A stretch of DNA of 64,000 nt from an uncultured Pseudomonadota bacterium (GCA_902787305.1 CADAFS010000003.1:7119-71118), one strand, 5' to 3'; counted from the first letter of the stretch, positions 26,336 through 37,189 are shown. Made by a program: numbers and translations. Notes: a model not told the origin generated them from the sequence alone.

Positions 26336-26809
26336 ATGAAACGGTTGATTCAATTTTGTGTTGCGATGTTAATTTCTTTTTTGCCGGGGATTTTCGGTGT
26401 GTTCTTTACACCGCACGGTGATTCAGATATATGGTATATGGCACTTAACAAATCGAACCTTACCCCGCCGGGTGTGGTGTTTGGTGCCGCGTGGACGATT
26501 TTATACGCGCTGCTTGGGTTTGCGTTGTATTTGGTTATTAAAAGCGCGCGTGGAAAGTCGGAAAAAATGATGGCATACGTTTTGTTTGCGGCGCAAATGT
26601 TATTGAATGCGGGTTGGTCATATTTGTTCTTTGGGTTGCATATGACGGGATTGGCATTGGTGGTGTTGTTGGGCCTGTTCATTATTTCGATATGGATGGC
26701 GCGCGTGTTTAATGGTATTGATAGAAAAGCGATGTTATTGGTCATACCGTATTTGTTATGGATGATGTTTGCTTTCTATCTGAACGCGTATATTACATTG
26801 ATGAATTAA
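26336..26809 (+). CDS. tspO: TspO/MBR family tryptophan-rich sensory protein
   Basis: Five TM segments with WY..L.KS.LTPPG..FG.AWT.LY and NAGWSYLFFG motifs. Confidence 0.85.
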   Translation: MKRLIQFCVAMLISFLPGIFGVFFTPHGDSDIWYMALNKSNLTPPGVVFGAAWTILYALLGFALYLVIKSARGKSEKMMAYVLFAAQMLLNAGWSYLFFGLHMTGLALVVLLGLFIISIWMARVFNGIDRKAMLLVIPYLLWMMFAFYLNAYITLMN

Positions 26810-27132
26810 ATCTTAAGGATTTTGAATTCAGGATCGCCAACATTAAGGTAGTGCAGCCCCAGTTCTTCGACGTAATCGGGGCTGTAACTTTTAAGTAATT
26901 TTATGTGATGGTTGATGGTTTGAAGTTTTTTTTGCTCCGTCGCCAATTCCGCGTGTTCTGTGTCAAGACGCCATATGTTCGTCACGAATCGACCAACATT
27001 GACTTCGCCGAAAAAGATTCGGATGAACGCAAGCAATGCGAACGCCGCAAAGAATACGCCGAATTTGCCACGGACACCGCCACGCCACGCGCGACCGATA
27101 AAGCCAAATAAATTTTTGATTTTGTCTTTCAT
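26806..27132 (-). CDS. ftsB: Septum formation initiator FtsB/DivIC-like protein
   Basis: Single TM, coiled coil, then DYVEELGLHYLNVGDPEFKI C-terminal motif. Confidence 0.6.
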   Translation of the reverse strand: MKDKIKNLFGFIGRAWRGGVRGKFGVFFAAFALLAFIRIFFGEVNVGRFVTNIWRLDTEHAELATEQKKLQTINHHIKLLKSYSPDYVEELGLHYLNVGDPEFKILKI

Positions 27133-27151
27133 CCGTGGCATTATATCACAA

Positions 27152-28075
27152 ATGATAACCAATAATCAAATTTTTGCTGCACCGATGGCGGGAATTTCTG
27201 ATTACCCGTTTCGGCGAATGATACGCGAATTTGCACCGGGTGTTCCCGTTGTGACGGAAATGATATCTTGTCATTCTTTGGTTGAACAGCATAAAAATTG
27301 TCCGCGGAATTTTGATAACTATGGCACAGAGGGTAATGTTGGAACCCAAATTTTTGGTGCCGTGCCGGATTTGATGGCGGATGCCGCGCGAATTTTAGAA
27401 GATGCGGGCGCGACATGGATTGATATAAACATGGGTTGCCCCGTGCCAAAGGTTGCAACGCGTGCGAATGCGGGGGCCTTTTTAATGCGCGACCATGGGT
27501 TGGCGGGGCGAATTATTTCGGCGGTGGTGCGTGCGGTTAAAATTCCGGTGTCGGTTAAGACGCGACTTGGGTGGGATAACGAAAATATGGATTGGGTCGA
27601 TTTGGTGCATGTGGCGGCGGACGCGGGCGCGAAGTTTTTGACACTACATGGGCGGACGCGGGCCCAGGGATACACCGGCATGGCGGTGCATCCGAAAATT
27701 AAAGATATGCCGATTCCGATTATTGCAAATGGGGACATTGTGGATATGGCGGGCGTACAAAGCGCGATTGATAACGGATATGCCGGCGCGATGATAGGGC
27801 GTGCGATGATGGGCCGGCCATGGGTTTTTGGTGAAATTTTGGGGACGGGGCAAAAACCCGAAAACATCGGGGAATTGGTGATGCGGCACCTTGATTTAGT
27901 ATTGGAATACTATGGTGCGCGCGCCGGTGTGCCAATGTTTAGAAAACACCTTGCGTGGTATTCGGCCGGTATGCCGAATTCAAGTGATTTTCGGGTAAAA
28001 ATCAATCAGATAACCGACGAAAATGAAATGAAACAAGAAATTTTGCAATTTTGGGGTTGCGTTGTGAAAAGATAG
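27152..28075 (+). CDS. dus: tRNA-dihydrouridine synthase (NifR3/DusB-like)
   Basis: APMAGISDYPFR, DINMGCP, HGRTR motifs. Start moved to MITNNQ. Confidence 0.88.
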   Translation: MITNNQIFAAPMAGISDYPFRRMIREFAPGVPVVTEMISCHSLVEQHKNCPRNFDNYGTEGNVGTQIFGAVPDLMADAARILEDAGATWIDINMGCPVPKVATRANAGAFLMRDHGLAGRIISAVVRAVKIPVSVKTRLGWDNENMDWVDLVHVAADAGAKFLTLHGRTRAQGYTGMAVHPKIKDMPIPIIANGDIVDMAGVQSAIDNGYAGAMIGRAMMGRPWVFGEILGTGQKPENIGELVMRHLDLVLEYYGARAGVPMFRKHLAWYSAGMPNSSDFRVKINQITDENEMKQEILQFWGCVVKR

Positions 28076-28114
28076 GTCTATGATAGGTATAACGATAACA
28101 AAAAGGTTTGCGCC

Positions 28115-29020
28115 ATGGCAGAAGATTTTACAGATTTACAAATGAACCCAGAAATGACGGCGGGTGAAATGTTGCGAACGGCACGGACAACCGGGCGGCG
28201 TAAACGTGAAATTCAAACGATTTCAAAACAACTTTGCATACGCGAAGAGTTTTTGCAGGCATTAGAGGACGGCGATTATACCGTTTTGCCAGAGGTGGTT
28301 TATATCCTTGGGTTTGCACGGAATTATGCAATGGAACTGGGGTTGGACCCCGATTTGATTGTGGCCAAGATTAAAAAGGAATTGGGAATAATGAAATTGG
28401 CCGAAGCGATGGTTGCGCAAAAGACGGAACAGCCAAAGGCCGTAAATGTTGAAAAAATAGAAAAAATTGAAAAAGTAGAGAAAGTCGAAAGAGCCGAAAA
28501 GAAAGGTGTTGTCGGTGAAAAAAAATCTAAAACTTGGTCTTATGTGAAAAAACATTGGGTTTGGTTTGCCGGTGGTGTGTTGGTGTTGGTTGGTGTGTTG
28601 GTTGCATTGGTTTTGATTTTGCCGTCCGCCGATGAAGGGGTTGCACCGGTTCGCCAAATTGTTCAGGTTTCTGCGCCCCAGCAGGTTATTGTGACGGAAC
28701 CAAAATATACATTAGATGTGCGTGAAAAGTTTGGGAGCGAAAACGCGGATAGTGCGGATATCGTGATTCAGGCGGTCAAAGAATCTTGGGTAAAAATTGA
28801 AGATGCGCGTGGCAAAACCGTGTTTAGTCGCGTACTGGTCCCGGGTGATATTTACTATGTGCCGGCGGGGAACAAGCACAAGGGAACTTTTGGCAATGCG
28901 GGCGCGATAGAGGTTTGGGTCAATAAAGAACTGGTTGGTAAAATCGGTGATGATAATGTTCGTAAAACCGGTGTTACATTGGATGTGGAAAAATTGGCCA
29001 AGAAAAAATCGGATAAATAG
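28115..29020 (+). CDS. rodZ: RodZ-like cytoskeleton-associated protein (HTH, TM, C-terminal DUF4115-like domain)
   Basis: N-terminal XRE-type HTH (GEMLRTAR...[16 protein letters not shown]), central TM, conserved C-terminal beta domain. Confidence 0.7.
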   Translation: MAEDFTDLQMNPEMTAGEMLRTARTTGRRKREIQTISKQLCIREEFLQALEDGDYTVLPEVVYILGFARNYAMELGLDPDLIVAKIKKELGIMKLAEAMVAQKTEQPKAVNVEKIEKIEKVEKVERAEKKGVVGEKKSKTWSYVKKHWVWFAGGVLVLVGVLVALVLILPSADEGVAPVRQIVQVSAPQQVIVTEPKYTLDVREKFGSENADSADIVIQAVKESWVKIEDARGKTVFSRVLVPGDIYYVPAGNKHKGTFGNAGAIEVWVNKELVGKIGDDNVRKTGVTLDVEKLAKKKSDK

Positions 29021-29069
29021 TTTTTCGTTGGTTATTGAAAACAAATAAAAAAGTTCTATATTTAGTGCC

Positions 29070-31913
29070 ATGAGTGGCGTTATAAAAATTCGCGGTGCAC
29101 GCGAAAATAATCTTAAAAATATCGATTTAGACATACCAAAGAATAAATTGGTGGTCGTGACCGGTGTATCCGGGTCGGGAAAATCGTCACTTGCGTTTAA
29201 TACAATTTATGCCGAAGGTCAGCGGCGGTATGTCGAATCACTGTCCAGTTATGCACGGCAATTTTTAGATATGCAAAAAAAACCGGATGTTGATTTAATC
29301 GAAGGGTTGGCACCGGCAATATCGATAGAGCAGAAAACCACATCGAAAAATCCGCGTTCGACCGTTGGAACGGTGACGGAAATATATGATTACCTGCGAC
29401 TTTTATGGGCACGAATCGGTGTGCCGTATTCGCCGGTGACGGGGCTTCCCATAAAATCGCAAACGATTGCAGAAATGGTTGATATGACAATGGATATCCC
29501 CGCCGGAACGCGCGCGTTTATTATGGCACCATTGGTTCGGTCGCGCAAAGGTGAATATAAAAAAGAAATCGCGTTTTTGGTAAAGCAAGGGTACCAACGT
29601 GTAATTATTGACGGGGAACTTTATGATTTGACGGCGGTGCCGCCACTTGATAAAAATAAAAAACACGACATTTTTGTTATCGTTGATCGTATCCAAATGC
29701 CGGCGGCGGATGCGACGGATTCTGAACGTGAAGAATTTCGTTCGCGGATTTATTCTTCGTTCGAAGGGTCGTTGCGCCTGGTGCCGGGGTCGGTGATTTT
29801 GCGGCGGTTGGATACGAACGAAGATGTTCTTTATTCACAAAATTATGCGTGTCCCGTTAGTGGTTTTGCCGTACCGAAAATTGAACCACGGTTGTTTTCT
29901 TTTAATGCGCCGATTGGTGCGTGCAGTGCGTGCGATGGTTTGGGGGTGCAGTTAAATATGTCGCCTGATTTGGTTATTCCTGACCCATCAAAGTCGATTT
30001 TGGACGGGGCGATTGCGCCGTGGTCGCGGGGTGGAATGTTGTCACAATTTGAACACTTGATAAATGCGTTGCACCGACAATATAAAATTCCACTTGGAAA
30101 ACCGTGGCATATGCTTAGTGCGGAACACAAAAACATTATTTTATACGGTACGGGTGATACACCGATAAAGATAAATTGGAACGGGTTCGTTTATGAAAAA
30201 CCGTTCGAAGGTGTGATACCAAATATTGAGCGGCGGTGGCGCGAATCTGAATCCGATGCGATGCGGGCGGAATTGGCAAAATACCAATCGGAAAAAACGT
30301 GTCCGGTGTGTCATGGAAAGCGATTAAATGTCCAGGCACTTTGCATAAAAATAAATGGCGCGGATATTATTGATGTTTGTGATATGTCGATTGATGATTC
30401 TTATGTGTGGTTTATGGATTTGCCGAATCATCTAAGCAAACAAGAAAACGATATCGCAAAAATGGTTCTGCGCGAAATAACAAGTCGTTTGTTTTTCCTT
30501 AAAAATGTTGGACTTGGGTATTTAACAATGTCGCGGATGGCGGGAACACTTTCCGGGGGCGAAGCGCAACGTATTCGTCTTGCGTCACAGATTGGCAGTG
30601 GCCTGTCGGGTGTTCTGTATGTTTTGGACGAACCGTCAATTGGGTTGCATCAAAGTGATAATGACAAATTGCTTGAAACACTAAAAATGCTGCGCGATAA
30701 AGACAACAGTGTGATTGTCGTTGAACATGACGAAGACGCAATGCGGGCGGCGGATTACCTTATTGATATCGGTCGTGGCGCGGGTGTGAACGGTGGAAAT
30801 GTTATTGCCGCCGGCACACCAGGGCAGGTTATAAAGAATAAAAATTCCCTTACGGGTCAGTATTTATCGGGGGCAAAAAAAATTCCGGTTCCGAAAAAAC
30901 GGCGTGCCGGCAATGGACAAAAAATTACCATATATGGTGCGCGGGAAAATAATTTGAAAAATATCGATGTTGAATTTCCGCTTGGAAAATTTATTGCGCT
31001 AACCGGTGTTTCGGGTTCGGGAAAGTCAACATTGTTGTTGAATACGTTGTATCCGGCATTGATGCGCGCGCTGTACGGGTCAAAAATTGAATCCGGGGCG
31101 CATGATATCATTCGCGGTATGGAAAATATAGACAAGGTTGTGGATATTGATCAATCGCCCATCGGACGCAGCCCGCGCAGCAACCCCGCAACATATACCG
31201 GTGTGTTTTCAAATATCCGTGATTTCTTTGCCGAATTGCCAGAGGCCAAGGCGCGTGGATACGGCCCAGGGCGGTTTTCGTTTAATGTAAAAGGTGGCCG
31301 GTGCGAGGCATGTCAGGGTGATGGTCAGATAAAAATTGAAATGAATTTCTTGGCCGACGTGTACGTCGAATGCGATAAATGCCACGGCACGCGATATAAC
31401 GAAGAAACATTGGCGGTTAAATACAAGGGCAAATCAATTGCAGACGTGTTGGATATGACCGTGGACGAAGCGTATCGGTTCTTTATCAATCATCCACAGA
31501 TTAGTCGCAAGTTGGAATTGTTAAAACGCGTTGGTTTGGATTATATAAAATTGGGACAAAGTTCACTTGACCTTTCGGGGGGCGAAGCCCAGCGTATAAA
31601 ACTATCCAAAGAATTATCGGCGCGTGGCACGGGCCAGACGCTTTATATCTTGGACGAACCGACGACGGGACTGCATTTTGAAGATATTAAACAGTTGCTT
31701 GGCGTTCTGCATGAATTTGTAGAGCAAGGCAACACCGTAATTGTTATTGAACATAATTTGGAAGTTATCAAAACAGCGGATTGGATTATCGACCTGGGGC
31801 CGGTGGGGGGCGCGGGTGGGGGGCGCGTGATCGCAACGGGGACGCCCGAAGATGTGGCGCGTAATCCGGAATCACTTACAGGAAAATATTTGGCAAAGTA
31901 TCTGGACAAATAG
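29070..31913 (+). CDS. uvrA: Excinuclease ABC subunit A
   Basis: Two ABC modules ([12 protein letters not shown] / [10 protein letters not shown]), Zn modules, 947 aa. Confidence 0.96.
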   Translation: MSGVIKIRGARENNLKNIDLDIPKNKLVVVTGVSGSGKSSLAFNTIYAEGQRRYVESLSSYARQFLDMQKKPDVDLIEGLAPAISIEQKTTSKNPRSTVGTVTEIYDYLRLLWARIGVPYSPVTGLPIKSQTIAEMVDMTMDIPAGTRAFIMAPLVRSRKGEYKKEIAFLVKQGYQRVIIDGELYDLTAVPPLDKNKKHDIFVIVDRIQMPAADATDSEREEFRSRIYSSFEGSLRLVPGSVILRRLDTNEDVLYSQNYACPVSGFAVPKIEPRLFSFNAPIGACSACDGLGVQLNMSPDLVIPDPSKSILDGAIAPWSRGGMLSQFEHLINALHRQYKIPLGKPWHMLSAEHKNIILYGTGDTPIKINWNGFVYEKPFEGVIPNIERRWRESESDAMRAELAKYQSEKTCPVCHGKRLNVQALCIKINGADIIDVCDMSIDDSYVWFMDLPNHLSKQENDIAKMVLREITSRLFFLKNVGLGYLTMSRMAGTLSGGEAQRIRLASQIGSGLSGVLYVLDEPSIGLHQSDNDKLLETLKMLRDKDNSVIVVEHDEDAMRAADYLIDIGRGAGVNGGNVIAAGTPGQVIKNKNSLTGQYLSGAKKIPVPKKRRAGNGQKITIYGARENNLKNIDVEFPLGKFIALTGVSGSGKSTLLLNTLYPALMRALYGSKIESGAHDIIRGMENIDKVVDIDQSPIGRSPRSNPATYTGVFSNIRDFFAELPEAKARGYGPGRFSFNVKGGRCEACQGDGQIKIEMNFLADVYVECDKCHGTRYNEETLAVKYKGKSIADVLDMTVDEAYRFFINHPQISRKLELLKRVGLDYIKLGQSSLDLSGGEAQRIKLSKELSARGTGQTLYILDEPTTGLHFEDIKQLLGVLHEFVEQGNTVIVIEHNLEVIKTADWIIDLGPVGGAGGGRVIATGTPEDVARNPESLTGKYLAKYLDK

Positions 31914-31953
31914 GGTTTTGTAAAATAAAATCTAGTAAAAAAAGGAGAACAAA

Positions 31954-32436
31954 ATGTTTGGATTCGGCAAAAAGAAAAAAGAAGAAAATGTAAATTTGGA
32001 AGAACCGCACGTGCCAAAGGGCATGAAGGAAACCGCCGAACGTATGATGGCGGGCGTGTTCGATATGAACGATATGTTGGCGCAATTGAAACAGATTAAG
32101 AAAATGAGTAATTTTAGTGGATTGCTTAAAATGGTGCCTGGTATGTCAAATGCGGTGTCGGCAATCAAAGAAAAAATTAAGGACGGCAGTGTTGATTCGC
32201 AAATTAAGATATTAGAGGCGATGACCGCCGCCGAACGTGCGGAACCGGAAAAAATCTTTGCCAATGCCAAGGCGCGCATTGCGGAAACGGCGGGCGTGAC
32301 GGTACGTGATGTGGAACACATTATTAAACAATACACAAAAATGAAACAGCAAATGTCGATGATTCAGCGCATGGGCGGTATGGAGGCCGTTATGGAACGT
32401 ATGAAACAGGGTGGTGGCGAACCAGGCGCAAAGTAA
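31954..32436 (+). CDS. Stand-alone SRP54 (Ffh) M-domain-like protein (160 aa, no NG domain)
   Basis: Aligns by eye to the E. coli Ffh M domain: FDMNDMLAQLKQIKKMSNFSGLLKMVPGM ~ FDLNDFLEQLRQMKNMGGMASLMGKLPGM, and MTAAERAEPEKI...RIAETAGVTVRDVEHIIKQY ~ MTMKERAKPEII...RIAAGSGMQVQDVNRLLKQF. Confidence 0.7.
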   Translation: MFGFGKKKKEENVNLEEPHVPKGMKETAERMMAGVFDMNDMLAQLKQIKKMSNFSGLLKMVPGMSNAVSAIKEKIKDGSVDSQIKILEAMTAAERAEPEKIFANAKARIAETAGVTVRDVEHIIKQYTKMKQQMSMIQRMGGMEAVMERMKQGGGEPGAK

Positions 32437-32470
32437 AAATAGTCGTAATATAAAAAAAAGGGCAATCGTA

Positions 32471-32839
32471 ATGTGCATTTTTGGATACAATATTGCATAT
32501 CAAATTCCAGGAATAGACGACCTTACCCCAATAAATGTAGGAGACGTTTTTCCCGTTCAAGAGGACGAACGCGACATACGTGGTTGGTCTTTTACAGCGG
32601 AATATTCCGGCGACCTTACACAGCATTTAACCAAAAAACTAACACTGCACAAAAAACATCTTGGTGAAAAATCTTGTAATATTATTTTGCATTCCTTGTT
32701 ACGAAACGGAAATACAAAAGTCATATATTATTACAGTAGACGAAACGCCATCGACCCAACGGACGCATACCACCGGGCCTCTATGGCCAATAGTATACTA
32801 TTTTGTGCCGCAAGGGAAAATAAAAAACGTGTTGCATAA
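32471..32839 (+). CDS. Hypothetical protein (A+T-rich islet)
   Basis: ORF only, no recognisable motif. Confidence 0.35.
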   Translation: MCIFGYNIAYQIPGIDDLTPINVGDVFPVQEDERDIRGWSFTAEYSGDLTQHLTKKLTLHKKHLGEKSCNIILHSLLRNGNTKVIYYYSRRNAIDPTDAYHRASMANSILFCAARENKKRVA

Positions 32840-32866
32840 TGAAAATAACAACCAGGTAGATATAAA

Positions 32867-33124
32867 ATGGTAATAAATTCAGTTCAACCCATTTTTCATG
32901 ATTGGTGTAATCCTAAAATATTTTATGTGGTGATCAACGTGCGCGTCAGCGGAAGTATGATGCCCGTAAATCCAACTTCAGATTTTCCTTGCGCCTTTGG
33001 TGGAGGTATTGCAGAACATAAATATGTGAGCGGGGAATATAACTATATAGTGAAGTATCGTTTTTGGAATAAGATGTTTGCAAAATGGTTTTATAATAGA
33101 ATGAACAGAAAGTGTCGTCGTTAG
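32867..33124 (+). CDS. Hypothetical protein (A+T-rich islet)
   Basis: ORF only, no recognisable motif. Confidence 0.3.
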   Translation: MVINSVQPIFHDWCNPKIFYVVINVRVSGSMMPVNPTSDFPCAFGGGIAEHKYVSGEYNYIVKYRFWNKMFAKWFYNRMNRKCRR

Positions 33125-33125
33125 T

Positions 33126-33794
33126 GTGAAAAAAATGAAAATAACAAATAATAAAATTGCGAAACATAAATCAAGCGTGGCGTGGTTAACGCGCCAGGCC
33201 GCCGACCCCTATGTTGCACGGGCGCGGCGTGATGGTTATCGTGCGCGGGCGGCATATAAACTTATCGAAATAAATGAAAAATATAAATTTTTGAAAAACG
33301 GGCAAACGGTTGTGGATTTGGGTGCGGCGCCGGGGTCATGGTCGCAATTTATTGCGCGGACTTTTCCAAAGACAAAAATCTTTGCGATGGATTTGTTGGA
33401 AATAACACCAATCAATAATGTTGAATTTTATCAGGGCGATTTTACAACGGATGCGGCGTTGGATTGGTTGACGGAAAAACTAAAATTGGATGATAATGCA
33501 AACGGTGTCGTTGATGTTGTTGTTTCGGATATGGCACCGAATACCGTTGGACATCAAAAGACCGATCACTTGCGTCAAATGGTGTTGTTGGAATATGCGT
33601 TCGATTTTGCGTGCCGTGCGTTGCGGCCCGGTGGGACATTTGTTGCAAAATCTTTTACGGGTGGAACAACAAATGAGTTATTGAAACAAATAAAACAGAA
33701 ATTCGAATCGGTGCATCATGTGAAGCCGGCGGCGTCGCGCAAGGATTCTGTTGAAATGTTTATTGTTGGACTTGGGTTCAAAAATAATGTATAA
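33126..33794 (+). CDS. rlmE: 23S rRNA (uridine2552-2'-O)-methyltransferase RlmE/FtsJ
   Basis: DPYVARARRDGYRARAAYKL, VVDLGAAPGSWSQ, VVSDMAPN motifs. Start is GTG at 33126 or ATG at 33135. Confidence 0.9.
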   Translation: MKKMKITNNKIAKHKSSVAWLTRQAADPYVARARRDGYRARAAYKLIEINEKYKFLKNGQTVVDLGAAPGSWSQFIARTFPKTKIFAMDLLEITPINNVEFYQGDFTTDAALDWLTEKLKLDDNANGVVDVVVSDMAPNTVGHQKTDHLRQMVLLEYAFDFACRALRPGGTFVAKSFTGGTTNELLKQIKQKFESVHHVKPAASRKDSVEMFIVGLGFKNNV

Positions 33795-33820
33795 TGTGTT
33801 TATAAAACAAAGGAGAGAAA

Positions 33821-34348
33821 ATGCCAGTTGCAAAAAAGAAAACATCAGCAAAGAAAACAACAACAGCGAGAAAATCCGTGAAACGTGCGCCGGCGCGGCG
33901 TGCGGTCGTGCGTGAAGTTCCGGTTCAAACACCGCGGCGTCGCATGGTCGGGCCGCTTTCGGCGATTGCAAGTTTTTGGCGTCGATATTTTGATTTTGTT
34001 GGGCGTTCAACGCGTGCGGAATTTTGGTTTGGATATTTGTTTGCGTACATTGTGAATTTCTGTTTTGCGTATTTTATCGGCGGAACGGTGTCGTTGGTGG
34101 TTAGTGCGATTTTATTCATCCCGGTGCTGGCGCTTTCGGTTCGCCGCTTCCGTGATGCGGGAATTTCGGTGTGGCTTTATCTTGTGCCGGTGTTGTTGGT
34201 TTATTTGATACCGGTGATTCGCGGTTCGGCATGGTATACGATGATATCTTTTGGTTATGTGTCGTCGGGTATGGCATTGTACGCGTTGTTCTTTATCATC
34301 GATACGATATTCAATCTCGTGGTTGCATGTTTGCCAAGTAAGAAATAA
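33821..34348 (+). CDS. DUF805-family inner membrane protein with basic N-terminal extension
   Basis: GRSTRAEFWFGYLF...LALSVRRFRDAG motif typical of DUF805 (YhaH-like). Confidence 0.75.
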   Translation: MPVAKKKTSAKKTTTARKSVKRAPARRAVVREVPVQTPRRRMVGPLSAIASFWRRYFDFVGRSTRAEFWFGYLFAYIVNFCFAYFIGGTVSLVVSAILFIPVLALSVRRFRDAGISVWLYLVPVLLVYLIPVIRGSAWYTMISFGYVSSGMALYALFFIIDTIFNLVVACLPSKK

Positions 34349-34437
34349 GTGTTATCCGTCTTTGTCCATCACCGCAAAGCGGTGCCGTGACTACATCGAA
34401 ACTGCGCCAGGGCTTTGCCCTGGCTTGGTGTTAGTGC
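34349..34437 (-). repeat. Double-hairpin REP-like element, copy B
   Basis: Reverse orientation of the consensus: TTATCCGTC...CACCGCAAAGCGGTG...GCGCCAGGGCTTTGCCCTGGCTTGGTG. Confidence 0.8.
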
Positions 34438-34473
34438 AGGTGTGTCCAATCGCGGTGCGGTGTGCCGCGATAG

Positions 34474-34500
34474 ACTAATCACTAACCACTCTTACACTAA
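34474..34500 (-). repeat. GTWAGT array (complement orientation) encoding the queH C-terminus
   Basis: ACTAATCACTAACCACTCTTACACTAA. Confidence 0.75.
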
Positions 34501-35011
34501 ATTCGCAACCGCAATAATTTTGACGATAGAAATCTGATTCGCGGTTGATTTGCTGTCGCAATTTTTCATCCCATTTAATCGGTAAATATGCGATTTCGCC
34601 CAATGTGGATTCGGCCGCCGTATCAACCTGGGCTTGGTCTTTGTGGCGCGACACACCAAACACAGACGCCACCGCATCATATCCGTTTTCGTGTGCAAAC
34701 TTTTTCGCGTATTCAAAACGATACGCAAAGCAAACACTGCACCGCGCGCCGCGTTCGGGCTCGGTCTCTAAGCCGCGCACCGCCGCGCGCCAAGCGTCAT
34801 GGTCATATTCACAGATTTTATATTTTACCCCCATGCGCTCACAGTATTTAACTTGCTCGTTCATACGCCGTGTATATTCAGATTCCGGCCAAATGTTTGG
34901 ATTAAAAAACAGAACAATAAAATCATCCACGCCCGCAATTTCACCGGATGCCAATTGCTTTATCGCGCCCGCGCTGCACGGCGCACAACAAGACATAAGA
35001 ACAAGTTTCAT
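34475..35011 (-). CDS. queH: Epoxyqueuosine reductase QueH (DUF208)
   Basis: CCAPCS, CSVCF and YCGCEFS cysteine motifs. The last 7 codons (SVRVVSD) and the stop are encoded by a GTWAGT array. Confidence 0.85.
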   Translation of the reverse strand: MKLVLMSCCAPCSAGAIKQLASGEIAGVDDFIVLFFNPNIWPESEYTRRMNEQVKYCERMGVKYKICEYDHDAWRAAVRGLETEPERGARCSVCFAYRFEYAKKFAHENGYDAVASVFGVSRHKDQAQVDTAAESTLGEIAYLPIKWDEKLRQQINRESDFYRQNYCGCEFSVRVVSD

Positions 35012-35017
35012 TTGTTT

Positions 35018-35488
35018 TTATCGTGCGTTTTCTGTTTTCTTATTGAACAATTCAACCAGACCGACCGGCGGTTTATTCATTTTAACTGGCCAAATTTGAT
35101 TCAGTGTTTCTCTTTCTACAAATACATCATCGTCTAAATAATGCCAACGAACAAAACAATGCCCGGGAACACCGTCCAACATAACTGGTTTTTTTTCTGT
35201 TTTTTTCAAATCAAAATTAAATGTATTTTTATATTGGTCTTTCAAAAAGGCATCAATATCGTTCGGATAAATCAATTTATCGCCAACCAAAATTTTATAT
35301 TCATCTGTCACCTTTTTATCAATAACGCCTTCTATTACAATTTTATATGGTATATTCATATGTAAAGGATATCTGCGCGTATATTCCGCCAAATCTTCAA
35401 TTGAAGAAATTTGTTTATATGGACCATTATGACACTGGGTGCATGGCCCCGTGTGACGCAAATAAAATTCAACATTTTCATTATTCAT
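35018..35488 (-). CDS. Hypothetical protein (156 aa)
   Basis: ORF with AAGGA SD before the Met at 35488. A+T-rich, no recognised family. Confidence 0.5.
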   Translation of the reverse strand: MNNENVEFYLRHTGPCTQCHNGPYKQISSIEDLAEYTRRYPLHMNIPYKIVIEGVIDKKVTDEYKILVGDKLIYPNDIDAFLKDQYKNTFNFDLKKTEKKPVMLDGVPGHCFVRWHYLDDDVFVERETLNQIWPVKMNKPPVGLVELFNKKTENAR

Positions 35489-35516
35489 TTTTGTATCCTT
35501 TTTTAGTGCACCTCTC

Positions 35517-35537
35517 TCACTAACCACTAATCACTAT
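35517..35537 (-). repeat. Short GTWAGT array (complement orientation) containing the metG stop
   Basis: TCACTAACCACTAATCACTAT. Confidence 0.6.
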
Positions 35538-37146
35538 CTAACTCAATCCGGCTAAACAAATTTTCCGGTACGGTGAATTTTTCGCCGTTCGCAATTCTGT
35601 GTTCATATTGCGCCGGCCAAGACAAATCATGTTTGGTTTCGAATATATTTTGAATCCGCCCCGCCGCGTCCGGAATAATTGGTGCCGACACACGTGCAAA
35701 CAAATCAATCAATTGGAAGCATTCGTTTAACACCGCCGCCGCGCCCGCCATATCACCGTTCTTAACCAATGTCCATGGTTCTTTCGCGGTCATATATTCG
35801 TTCGCAATTCCATAAATATCGCGCAACGCAACAATAGATTTGCGAAATTCGCATGCGTCCAGTGCCGCGGTTAGTTCGGAAATTTTTTCGTTCACTTTGC
35901 CAACCAATTCCGCATCCGCCGCGCCCGCCGCCGGCACAGTATCACCAAAATTCTTGTTTGATAATTTGCACACACGCGACACAAAGTTGCCAAGCAAACC
36001 GTTCAAATCTTTATTCACAATTTCCGCAAACCGCGTCATTGTAAAGTCCGTATCGTCACTTTCAGGTGCGGACGCCAACAACGCATACCGCCAACAGTCC
36101 GATGGAGCAATGGAAAGTGCCGCATCAAGGAAAATTCCGTTGCCCGTGGACTTTGAAATTTTTGCACCATTAAAGTTCATAAAATTCAGTGCCTTTAATA
36201 CATCGACCGTTTTCCAATTATCATTGACGGCGATTTCTTGGGCCGGGAAAAATACGGCATGAAAGGACACGTTATCTTTGCCCATAAATTGCGTATAGTG
36301 GCATTCGGGATTTTTCCACCACGACGCCCAATCAGGATTCGCAATTTGTGAAATCGAAACATAACCCCACGGCGCATCAAACCATACATAGAAAACTTTA
36401 TTTTCATACCCTGGCTTATTTACCGGAATCCCCCATTTCAAATCGCGCGTAATTGGTGTGTCGTGCAACCCTTCGTCCAACCATTTGTTTGCAATTGCTG
36501 TTGCGGTTTTGGGCCAACCGATACGCGAATTTACCCATGCGCGCAGTTTATCTTGCACCGCACTCAACTTAAAATAAAGGTGTTTTGTTTCGCGCATTTC
36601 AACGGGCGAATCCGGGTCAATCGCGCTATGTGGGTTTATCAAATCCGCCGGGTCCAACGATGCGCCACACTTTTCACATTCGTTTCCATATGCGTGTTCA
36701 TATCCGCAACGTGGACAAGTGCCAATTACATATCGGTCGGCCAAGAATTTTTTTTCGTTCACCGAATATGGTTGCATTGATACTTTTTCTTCTATCATGC
36801 CCTGTTCTTCCAACCGATTGAACAATTCGTGAATCAATTTTTCTTGGGCATCCGTGTGCGTACGACCATAGTTATCAAAGGATAAATTAAAATCTTTTAC
36901 AACCTGTAAGTGTTTTGCGCGATATTTTTCAACATAATCTTCAACCGACATATTTTCGCGCGCCGCGCCAATTTCACTTGTGGTGCCGTGTTCGTCCGAC
37001 CCACCAATATAAAGGACATCACGGCCACACGCGCGACAAAAACGCGCATACACATCAGACGGCAGCAAGCACCCAATCAAATGCCCAATATGCAGGTTAT
37101 TATTCACATATGGTAATGCCGAAGTAATAAGATATTTTTTGCCCAT
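35527..37146 (-). CDS. metG: Methionyl-tRNA synthetase
   Basis: LPYVNNNLHIGH (HIGH), KISKSTGN (KMSKS), Zn knuckle CPRCG...CEKCG. Start at 37146 (SD AAGGA); a terminator hairpin occupies the upstream extension of the ORF. Confidence 0.93.
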   Translation of the reverse strand: MGKKYLITSALPYVNNNLHIGHLIGCLLPSDVYARFCRACGRDVLYIGGSDEHGTTSEIGAARENMSVEDYVEKYRAKHLQVVKDFNLSFDNYGRTHTDAQEKLIHELFNRLEEQGMIEEKVSMQPYSVNEKKFLADRYVIGTCPRCGYEHAYGNECEKCGASLDPADLINPHSAIDPDSPVEMRETKHLYFKLSAVQDKLRAWVNSRIGWPKTATAIANKWLDEGLHDTPITRDLKWGIPVNKPGYENKVFYVWFDAPWGYVSISQIANPDWASWWKNPECHYTQFMGKDNVSFHAVFFPAQEIAVNDNWKTVDVLKALNFMNFNGAKISKSTGNGIFLDAALSIAPSDCWRYALLASAPESDDTDFTMTRFAEIVNKDLNGLLGNFVSRVCKLSNKNFGDTVPAAGAADAELVGKVNEKISELTAALDACEFRKSIVALRDIYGIANEYMTAKEPWTLVKNGDMAGAAAVLNECFQLIDLFARVSAPIIPDAAGRIQNIFETKHDLSWPAQYEHRIANGEKFTVPENLFSRIELDSD

Positions 37147-37162
37147 TGTTATTTTCCTTTTT

Positions 37163-37189
37163 ATAAAAAATGACGCCAAACGGGGCGTC
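37163..37189 (-). terminator. Terminator-like hairpin between tRNA-Val and the metG start codon
   Basis: GACGCC-CCGTTT-GGCGTC followed by ATTTTTT on the complement, ending about 17 nt before the metG ATG. Confidence 0.6.
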
